From: Parasitella parasitica NRRL 2501
Taxonomy: Eukaryota; Fungi; Mucoromycota
Reading direction: 5' to 3'
Assembly (NCBI GenBank): GCA_025201805.1
Contig: MU619346.1
Location: forward strand, 47,365-102,745
Length of the DNA: 55,381 bases
A program made the translations under genes and the position numbers. Positions 14,101 to 25,541 of this stretch are shown here, one piece after another; position 1 is the stretch's first letter, and the number at the start of each line of letters is the position of its first letter. Under the pieces are notes generated by a model. That model made no database searches and was not told the DNA's origin. It worked only from the letters and a program-made list of their open reading frames with translations.

Positions 14101-14652
14101 TATACAAAAAGGGTGGGTCAATGTGTTCTTACCCAATGCTCAGGATGGAGACCATCTTTACAAATGATTTTGTCTCGTGATACGGCAAAATGCATTTGAG
14201 AATAGCTTCTACATTAAAGTCTTGGATACGGAAACGACGAATGAGATATTCCAATACTTTGCCTGAGGGTTTCAGTAGGAAATAAGGGGAAAGCTGTGAG
14301 AGAAAAGCGTTGATGCTAGCATCCAATTTGTCATTTTCATCTTTGGTCTAGAGAAAATGCAGTGAGTATTGCTATCATTTCAAAGAAGGGGTCGAGTGTG
14401 TACCTGAAGAACTCTATCGATGGATTTCATGCCCTCCGAGAATAGAGTCTTTTCAAATGCTGAGAACTTTTCGTCGAGAATCACAAGCTCCATGATGCCG
14501 TTGTAAGCAATGGAATAGATAGTTTCTAGATCTTGATCTGCTGCCTCACGAGCACTAAACAAGAAGGATGCCTTTGATTTTCTGGATAGTTCGCTCACAT
14601 TACGCAAGTCGAGTGTACCGATCTTTTTCAACTGCTGCTTCAACGAAGACAT
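8172..14652 (-). CDS. UTP10: U3 snoRNA-associated protein 10 (HEATR1/BAP28)
   Basis: N-terminus MSSLKQQL..KASFLFSAREAADQD, LEYLIRRFRI, ILPYHET; C-terminal BP28CT-type LVMKLNETLFKPLF and FLAELMEDDD. Two introns at about 14348-14403 and 14072-14132. Confidence 0.96.
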
Positions 14653-14801
14653 CTTTGCTAATTGAATGTCAAAATATGGTAAATCAAACAATTGACATTT
14701 CAAATAGCATAACTGCAATTAAAATCATAAAAAAAAAAAAAAAAAAAATACAGAAGGAAAGGCAGTCTGGAAAGCCACCTAAAAATCAATTTAGCAGTAG
14801 T

Positions 14802-14815
14802 TGAAAAAAATTTTT
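14802..14815. promoter_or_regulatory. RRPE-like element (TGAAAAAAATTTTT) in the 259-bp divergent UTP10/RPS13 promoter
   Basis: Resembles the fungal rRNA-processing element TGAAA(A/T)TTTT and lies between a ribosome biogenesis gene and a ribosomal protein gene; A/T runs are common here, so chance is possible. Confidence 0.45.
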
Positions 14816-14911
14816 ACCTGTCAAATAAATTGCTATTGCAAACGGCGCAAATGGGTTGAATCCTTCTCTTTCTCCCAATCTTTTTTTCGAGATCTTTAAC
14901 AACTAGTCAAA

Positions 14912-15565
14912 ATGGGTCGTATGTATACTTCTGGTAAGGGTATCTCTGGTAGTGCCCTCCCCTACCGTCGCTCTCCTGCTTCTTGGGTCAAGACTACCCC
15001 CGAAGAAGTCGTTGAGCAAATCTGCAAGAATGCCAAGAAGGGTCTCTCTCCCGCTCAAATTGGTGTTCTTCTCCGTGACTCCAACGGTATCCCTCAAGTC
15101 AAGTCCATCACTGGTAGCAAGATTCTCCGTATTCTTAAGGCTAACGGTCTTGCACCTGAGGTCCCTGAGGATTTGTACCATCTTATCAAGAAGGCTGTCA
15201 CCATCCGTAAGCATTTGGAACGTAACAGAAAGGACAAGGACTCCAAGTACCGTTTGATTCTTGTCGAGTCTCGTATCCACCGTCTTGCTCGCTACTACAA
15301 GACCGCTGGTCAACTCCCTCCTACCTGGAAATAGTATCCTTTTTTGTTTATATTGTATTACTAACCTTGGGTGTGTGGGTGTGGGTGTGCGTTGGGAATT
15401 GGGAATTGGGAAATCATACTTTACTGCCTATATTGGACATTATGTCTAGAGTCAACGACCCATTTACTTTCGAGTGAATGGGCGAGCTCGATAACTGTCT
15501 GCCTTAACCCTCCTTTGTTTTTTTCTAATAGTGAGTCTACCACTGCTTCTACTATGGTTGCCTAA
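14912..15565 (+). CDS. RPS13: 40S ribosomal protein S13 (uS15)
   Basis: [18 protein letters not shown]...[24 protein letters not shown]. Exon 1 14912-15333 and exon 2 15532-15565 give ...[13 protein letters not shown], 151 aa. Confidence 0.98.
15334..15531 (+). other. U12-type (minor spliceosome) GT-AG intron in RPS13
   Basis: The 5' splice site GTATCCTTT matches the U12 consensus RTATCCTT; branch site GCCTTAAC (15501-15508) lies about 23 nt before the AG at 15530-15531. Splicing restores the conserved C-terminus. Confidence 0.88.
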
Positions 15566-15856
15566 ATGCATCGCTTCTGTGTGTCTCTTGAGCTTCTCGA
15601 TGACTTTCAAGAATTCAGCTGTATCTTTTTCTTAAAAATATTCAACCAAATTCAAGAAAGTTTTCATTAAAAATCGCTTTTCTTTTGCCTTGCGCATAAG
15701 AACAAGTTAATTTTTGACTCTGCTACTGTTTTTCTTTCTGAAGTTTTGTTCGCATGGGATACGTATACATTGTAGTTATTTTCTGGTAAGATGGTCTGCT
15801 CACTGCTGTGGTATTGATGAAATCTTCTCTTTTTGAAACGCTTTGCTCTGATTATT

Positions 15857-15935
15857 CATCCTGATGATGACAATTATTATTTTTATTATTACTTGACACT
15901 TCCATGAAAGTTGTATTCACACTGGCTGAGGGATG
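15857..15935 (+). ncRNA. Box C/D snoRNA, predicted guide for 25S rRNA Um2729 (snR51/SNORD41-equivalent site)
   Basis: C box ATGATGA 15864-15870, D box CTGA 15926-15929, terminal stem CATCCT/GGGATG. The 14-nt guide TTGTATTCACACTG (15911-15924) is complementary to conserved LSU rRNA CAGUGUGAAUACAA, and the D+5 rule targets the U of CAGU. Confidence 0.85.
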
Positions 15936-17057
15936 TGTAAATCAAATGCAAAGTTTCTCTAAAGAAAGATGGCGTCGATTATCTTGTGCTAATCATTTTG
16001 CATTCAGCTGCAAGTATAGTGGTATCCGTTTTCTTTTCTGTTTTAATAAAGCTTTGTTTTACTATATAATTCAATGATATTTATTATTTTGCCGTTAACT
16101 TTTTCCGTTGAATCTTTTACATGAAGTTCAATCTTCTCCTTGAAGTACCTACTCCTATCAACTCCATGGCCTTTGATCCTTACAAAAAGCGTTATTCTTT
16201 TTCTGAATGGAACAAGTTTGTGCATCCTAGTCTTGGCTTGAAAGAAAACCTATCAGGAGGAGTTAACGACGTTGAAGGAGACAAGTCTATACCCGAAGCT
16301 TTGTTTTTGCCAGTCCATGTATTGATACCATGTTGGAAAAAAATTACTTTTTATAATAAAGTACCGTGGAGAGCACTTGAACCTTATTGATCAATTTTTG
16401 TAAAGCTACTCACCTAGTGTCCATTGGTCGCTATAGAATTTTGACATTTATCAATTGCTTTTAAGAGCATTAGTGGAGGTTAATAATTTTAAGGGAATCT
16501 GTCTTTTTCTAATCGAATTTCAAGTACTTGGGACACATCAAATGCTTTCCCTGTAATAACTATGAGATACATTTCCACAAAAAGAAAGATGGTTTTCCAT
16601 GAGGATATGCAAGGCAAAAAGTTTTTTGCTACATGGAGAGTAATAATCAAAGACTTTTTTTTTTTTTTTTTCACTCCAAATTTCGATAGGGAAATTGTCC
16701 AGGAAACGATATTTTGCAAAAGTAACATCTAAAAATGGTAAACCTTCAGCCACTAATTGACTCGAGGTAGAATATTCTACAATCTCACTTGTGTGCAATG
16801 TCATTAGCTATAGGCCCTGTTGTTATAGACTGGGTGTTGGATTTTTATCCTCACCGCTTGGCCAGAAACAATATCATATCCCACATCTTCACGATGTAAA
16901 ATCTGGATTCTTCACATTAAAAAAAAAGAAAGAAACACTCATGTTGTTTTTTTCAGGGAGTTGTTAAAGGATTTTCAGATTATTGGTAAAATTTGAGAAA
17001 AACCAAAAAAAAAAAAACCAAAAAAAAAAGTGTAATAGTAAAGATATATCGAGGAAT

Positions 17058-17886
17058 TTACATTGCATCAAATTTCTTGGTAACGGCGACGAGTAAGTAA
17101 TTTTGGGTTATTCTTTGCAAGGATTTCTAATTGGGAATGTATTAGAGGAACGGCTATTTTTGCTTTTGTGCATCCCACACAAACCTCTGTCCATCTTTGC
17201 ATAATCGATATCACAATCATGTCTATCAGGGTAACGATGACTGTCGCAAAATACGTAACCGCATCTACATTTATTGGCAGCTTGTTTAGCGAGAGGAACC
17301 TATGGGTTTATCATTTAATTTCATGTTACACTCTGTTATATAAATATACAGGTGTGTATTGCTCTTCTCCCTTTTTACACTTTACCTTTAATCTGCATTT
17401 AAAACATCTGCCTTTGTTTATCTGAACAGGTTTATCTGATGGATTTGTTGGTGTCGTTGCAGATGATGTTGCAGCAGTAGAGTCTGTTGCAGAGCTGGTA
17501 GACGCCGCTGGAGAAGCAATTGACGATGCAGGAGCGCTACTCAATCTCGGCCCATTAGGCGAGGGACTACGGCTATGCTTTCTTGGTTTTTCAGCCAGCG
17601 GAATGGTAGTAGTAGTAAAGGTTTCGATAAACGTAGGAGTAGAGGGCGATGATTTTGGTGGTAATGATATTTTTTTCCTGCTTGTTTGACTTTTACCAAC
17701 ATTTAGAGTGTTGTTATTGCTGGTGGTGGTGGTGGTGGTGGTGGTAGCAGCGCTGCTATCTGCTTTATTGTGCGCTTTGAAACACTGGGAGCACATGTTG
17801 TTAAAAGCTTCATTGCCGTAAAACCCACATCCTGCAGTACAGAGTGTATGCCCTTTGTTAGTGCTGCTGCTATTGGTATTTTCCAT
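17058..17886 (-). CDS. A20/AN1 zinc finger protein (ZFAND5/SAP-like)
   Basis: A20 motif LCTAGCGFYGN..NMCSQCF; AN1 motif RCFKCRLK / CRCGYVFCDSHRYPDRHDC; one intron at about 17301-17385; ends ...GKAKIAASNPPI-like PRNLMQ-region with stop at 17058-17060. Confidence 0.9.
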
Positions 17887-17925
17887 TATTTATGTGTATC
17901 TGCGCTTAATGTTTGTCAAATAAAG

Positions 17926-17952
<27 letters not shown>
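17926..17952. repeat. (GA)n microsatellite in the 5' region of the A20/AN1 gene
   Basis: Visible dinucleotide run. Confidence 0.9.
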
Positions 17953-17959
<7 letters not shown>

Positions 17960-18554
17960 CAAGTTGCACTGGTATTTTCTCACCAGATGATTTGAAGAAA
18001 AAAAAAAAAAGTCTCAGCCAATTCGGATATACCACTTGAACAGGGTTTTGCAATATTGTATGATACACAGTTGTGCATCTATCCAATCAAGAGGTTGTTT
18101 GAACATCGCTTGCGTAGCGATATTATTAGATCCTTTTATTGAGACGACATAATGTACATGACGATATTGATTGTTGTAAGCTCGACATCATTTGAGTAGA
18201 TGCGATGCCCTCCTGTTGGCTCATCGTGCATGTTTTTTGTTTGCTTACCAAGTACGCAACAGATCTGATAAGGCATCGCTTTGACTGTAATCAATCCATC
18301 CCAAAGAGGCGGCCTTTCACCAGCTTCAACTCATTGTTACTCTAAAAGAGGCTATCGATCACTGCTGATAACTTTTACTACATGCTGATACTTTTTATAT
18401 ATCATATGTATACCTATCATTTAAACTGACAAATGAAGATGATTTCGTTTGCCAGCATTAGCCATGATGGTGTGCCTAGTACGATTTGTCAAGTATTTCA
18501 TGGGACTACAAAAAAATGTTGTAATGCGAAAAATTTCTTGGTAGTTACTGTATC

Positions 18555-19332
18555 ATGTCTGTTCAAAAAGAGGTAAATAACAGAGACAACGTCAACAAAC
18601 AAAGCAAATAACCTCATGGATTTGCACTAGTCAGATTTGGAGTGGGATGCGGACGTGATAGAGTTTTGGAATGCAACGCTTCAAAGCTACAAGGTATTCT
18701 AAGCATTTTGAAATCAACTCCTGCTAACAAAAGCCTTTCAAGACTTGCCACGCTAACGAGACAGCAAATCACGATGACCCAGACATGATATCACTAGATC
18801 TAGTCAATAAGCTGCCTAAAAAGCAAGTAGTAAATCGAGTGATTTCCCCAAGAGTTGTATACTCATGCGACTTTTGTCTAGAACGAAATCTGCGTTGGAG
18901 ACAGACATTGGCGAAAATACTGCATCGTCCGTAAAAATGATGATACCCGAAACACAGGCCAAAGAAACACTCACAATACCAAATAAGCGGAAAATAACCG
19001 TAGAGGAACAAGAAGAAGAGGATGAAGAGAGGGAGGATAATTACGAGGCACAAGATAAAGTAGTCGAGGAGAATGATGAATCGCAGCAGTATCCGCAACA
19101 AAGTAGTGGCAAAAAACCAAAATATCAGTATGAATACAACCAAGAAGAAGGATCGTACAATGGTCATCAGAGCCAATACGCACAAAGCTTTTCTACTTCT
19201 GCACTACCACCACCACCACCACCACCACTCCCACCCGTGCCATCTCAGGATAATGAGGCGCTCTCAAACCTGATCATGGCGTGGTACTATGCTGGTTATT
19301 ACACTGGTCTATATCAAGCTAAACAAAGATAA
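18555..19332 (+). CDS. SMN1: Survival motor neuron (SMN)-like protein without Tudor domain
   Basis: N-terminal Gemin2-binding-like DLEWDADVIEFWNATLQSYK, a polyproline run, and the C-terminal YG box LSNLIMAWYYAGYYTGLY. Introns 18573-18630, about 18694-18742, and 18823-18881 (GC-AG). Confidence 0.85.
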
Positions 19333-19367
19333 GCATGAAATTACTAGTAAAAAAGATTATATTATTT

Positions 19368-21459
19368 TTATTGTTCACCCAACATTTTACGCAAACGCAA
19401 TATTTCAGCATGCAATTCATCCAAACTACACTTTAGTGTCTTTACATCGTCGTATTTTCTATCGGCATTTGCTTCTTTGATGAATCCTTCCACTAGGCCG
19501 TACTGTTCCATATAGGTTGAGAGCTGTGTTTGCAATTCTATTTTGTCGGGAGTGCCATTTTTCCCTGCTCCCGATTTCTTGCTAGCATTTTTCTCAGATT
19601 TTAAGATTCTTGGTAACATTTGTAGGGGCAACATGTTTTGTTGTAAATAAATATTGGCGGCATTGCATATGTTGGCTTGAAGCCTCTTCATGCAAGCAGA
19701 TCGAACAGGCAACGTCTTGATGCTCTTGGCCAGGGTGTCGTACAGTGTAAAATTATCCAGGAGCGACTTGCGGATGGTGGCTGCCTTTATGAAACTTTCA
19801 TGCGTATGGGCCTTTATATTTTCCTTTCTATATAAAAGACGTTTTTAGCTTTATGTTTGCAAAACTAGACGCAAACTTACTCTAACATGAGAATGGTTTC
19901 ATGGAATTTAGGCAGTTGCTTTTCAATGTTCCTTCTTGTGATTGCCAGTTGGTTGTATAGCTGAATGATGGGCAACGGTTTAGATGCCTCCTCATGTCGT
20001 AGCTTTCTTCTAAATACAGATCTTTGACAATCGCGACATGCCCGGGTATCACCAACTGGTTCGTCATCAAAGGTATCTATACAACATCCACTGTTAGTCC
20101 ACATCTATAAACGCAGTGTCAGAATATCGTACCTGAAGACATGTCTGTAAATAAAGGTATCATTTTAGAGCATCGCGCATTTCCACAGACAACTTTTCCA
20201 CATAATCGACAATGGTGTTTACGATTAATCAGCGTAAAGGGGTTTTCGCAGTAAGGGCATGTCTTCACTGTTCGATCGTCCTCCCATTTGGTAACCGACT
20301 GCTCCCCGTCTATTCAAGCCCATAAATTTAACAAGCTGGATTCCTGATTTGCGGGAGCGACTTACCTCTGTACTTTAACTTCATGCTAAGGATACTGTTG
20401 CTGTTGGATACAAACGATGATTTAGGCGATAGCATGCTCCCCAAGCTATCTCTGGACGACGTTGAATCCGATCTGTCCAAAGTGAAGCTGCTCAAAGAAG
20501 CGCTTGATGGCGATAGCAGCCCAGAATTAAGCCGATGTGGGTCACCACCACCTGTGGTTGGTTTTTTTGAGTCTGTATGTTGATGTATTTTCGCTAGTTT
20601 CTCTAGCCTCTTTTCAAGGCGATTGCTCTCCAAATACACTCTATCGATTGTTTTTTCTCGCTGCTTCAGAAAGAAGGCTGTTTTCTTGCAAATTGCGCCC
20701 TCATGATCCAAATAGCCCTTTCGTCCAATGTAGCAATTTGAACACACTTTACACCAAACACCATGCTCGGGGTCATGGTGCGCTTGTCGATTCAGTCTGA
20801 TTTCATACTGTGTATGTAAGTCACAATACAGCTTTCCACAGCTGCATGAAAAGAGTATAAGCATCAGCAAATGCTACCTCAAATGTACTAGAATGAGCCC
20901 ACAACGATCACTCACCTGCGACAGTGTTGTCTGCCAGCACCTGATTTACCAACAACCTTGTTACATCCAGATATACTACACTTGTCGTTCCCTGTTTCAC
21001 GTTGCCAGTGGTCTCGTGTGACAAACTCGTCTTGTCTATCGGTGTCTGATACAAAAAACGTAGGGTTAGTGTTGCTAAGACTTAGGTTTTGGAAGCTGTT
21101 CATCAAAGAAGGCTCCATCCATTGCTTAAGATTTGATGAGGAGGATTTTGGCGGTGATAGGCCCGTCTTCATTGGCGTTGCTAATGATGTTTGGACCTTT
21201 TTCTGTGCGTTGCGAAACCATGACAAAATGGCACTTTTTGAATCTTCTTCGCTATGCTCATTGTCCAGATGCTGTATTAAATTGGATATATCAGAATATA
21301 TATATATATATATATATATTGCAGTGAATCAAGTCGTTGCTTACCCTATTCAGGTTTTGTAAAGTATTGCAGTTTATCTGGCAAATGGGACAAAGAATCC
21401 CTTCTGCAGGCACATAATCTTGATAGTTATAACCACCTATTTGTTGGCTAGTAGTCATC

Positions 21460-21461
<2 letters not shown>
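19368..21461 (-). CDS. PEP7: Rabenosyn-5 / Pep7 (Vac1) FYVE-domain vacuolar sorting protein
   Basis: N-terminal C2H2 (CPIC..LQNLNRHLD..H), VTRDHWQ, two FYVE-type fingers (HCRSCGKLYC; KHHCRLCGKVVC) and C-terminal Rab-binding ANADRKYDDVKTLKCSLDEL. Confidence 0.88.

Positions 21462-21502
<41 letters not shown>
21460..21502. repeat. Compound (TA)n(TG)n microsatellite abutting the PEP7 start codon
   Basis: Visible dinucleotide run; another (TA)n lies at about 21296-21319 in the first intron. Confidence 0.9.
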
Positions 21503-21503
<1 letters not shown>

Positions 21504-22520
21504 GGGTGCGGGTGGTATCAGTATACAGAATATAGAACGCAATAGTTTTGATCAAGGAGAAAAAGGACGCAGGTGGCAATACCTGCACAAATACTGGTGT
21601 AAGGGACTGGGGTTTAATCAGATGCAGTTTGTGAACAACGACAATGGTTGTACGGTGTCTTGATGAGATGTGGAATATTAAGGATAAAGATTTCATCCGT
21701 TCCGTATTAAAGGAGTTTATCTTTCCACCCGCCTATCTGGGGTTCTGGATGCTGCTACCTGTATTTGGCTGTCAAGTGAATGTGCATATTCAAGAAACCA
21801 GTGAAAGCTATTAGATGAGTGTAGGTAGTCAGGAAATTGAAGGAAAATTTGGACGATTGCATCTCAAGATATATAGTCTGTATTGGATGCTAATTCTTTC
21901 TCAGGGCTAAAACCAAACATCAATGCTATAATTTACAACTTTACTCAACTACATTCAATGGTTGAAGCTGTTTCAAAGGCTCTACAAATTACTTGCTGCC
22001 TTAATTCCATGTCGCTTTGGTTGGCTGGGTCCTCTTTACGATGGCATTATCATTATACCTAAAGCTGATGGTTTGGCAATTCTTTCGTTAGTTCAAACAA
22101 AATAGGAGCTATGTGAATGACACACGTACATTTTGACTTGAAATGTCTGCATTGATCACAATTTGTAAATTGTTTCATAAAATTACCAAGTAACCAAAAA
22201 ATGAAATTACATTGTATATAGAGTTTTTGGGATTTGATTTTAATGCCATTGAGTCGATACTATCGCTGATTTTTGATGATGAGTCTGAAAGCCTCTTTTG
22301 TCAATAATTGACGAAATTCAACGCACAAAAAGTATGCCAGCTCAAGGAATTGGTAGATCATTGCTGGAATTTCTTGCTAAGCTCATCATTAATGTTCTCC
22401 AGGTCAAATAAGCAGGTCCGTCAAAAAGTTGAGTTTTTTTTTTCTGTAGTATGACCGGGAAAACAAATACTATATCCAGTTCCCCTTTCTCTCTCGTTTG
22501 CTTTCATCACATATTCAAAA

Positions 22521-24511
<1,991 letters not shown>

Positions 24512-24612
24512 AATAGCAATAAAATGTATCATCATGCTTGGTGATGTAAATAGAGCTGGATGCTTTATCTGATCCAGTATATCCTTTTTTACAAATCTTG
24601 TCTAATGTTTGA

Positions 24613-24655
24613 TGCCTGCCTACCTGCCTACCTGCCTGCTTGCCTGCTTGCCTGG
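24613..24655. repeat. Degenerate (TGCC/TACC/TGCT)n tetranucleotide repeat between TAH18 and TUP1
   Basis: tgcctgcctacctgcctacctgcctgcttgcctgcttgcctgg. Confidence 0.8.
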
Positions 24656-24912
24656 CATGGTGCGGACATATAATGAATGCTTCGAAACTTTATCATTGTT
24701 TTCGTTGATGATGGTCGTCACCAATACTCCTTTTTTTCCCTCTGTTTTTTTTTCTATCTTTTTCCATTTCTCTTTCTCTCTGTTTTTTTTGTTTGTTTTT
24801 CATATAGTTATAGACTTTCTTTTGAGTCGTTTATCTTCTTAGTAAACAAGAACCCCCCCCCTCCCAAAAAAAAAAAGAAGAAAATACGAGAATTGGCAAA
24901 TCACCGAGAAAA

Positions 24913-25500
24913 ATGTCTGTTTATAATCATCGGCCTATGGGACCTCCCACATCCGGTCGTTTAATTGAACTATTAGATGCTGTTAAAGGCGAATACGACC
25001 AGCTTGCTCAAGAGATGATTGTGTGTAAAAGCCAACGAGATGAATATGAGCACAAAAGTAAGTTTCTGCGGGATATCCAACGCGTTATGGTACTCACAAA
25101 GTCGCATACAAAACAGTGAATAACCAAATCCAAGAAATGAATCTATTTCAGCAAAACTTGCTTGATCTCGAGAGAACTCAACAAATGATAAAGAAACAGT
25201 AATATGCAGCAGTAAAAAGCGTACCCAGTACGTCGAGATTAACATTTCGTGTGTACACTTAGATACGAGGAAGAAATTGCTAGGTTGCGTCAACAATTGG
25301 ATCAACAGGTGAGTAGTGGTAACAAAGAGAATTTGCAGAAATTCACCGTGGAGTCTTAGCATCCTCAACATGGCAGTGGTGCTGTTGCTCCTCCCCTCCC
25401 TCTTTCTGGCAGCGGCGGCGGTGGCTATGGCGGTAAATATTAAAATCAAATTGTAGAAATTTTTTCATTGTACTGAATATTTATAGGCCCTTCAGGATAT

Positions 25501-25541
<41 letters not shown>

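Noticed and set aside
14903-15313. 136-aa antisense ORF over RPS13, and the many other nested or antisense ORFs in the track
   Set aside because: Shadows of codon-biased real genes on the opposite strand or frame; no independent motifs.
15814-15864. Alternative C/D snoRNA (TGATGA 15815 with CTGA 15848 or 15861)
   Set aside because: No recognisable rRNA antisense element or terminal stem; the downstream C box gives both.
24578-24590. ATATCCTTTT resembling an AT-AC U12 donor
   Set aside because: Lies beyond the TAH18 stop, with no CCTTAAC branch or plausible AC acceptor; likely chance.
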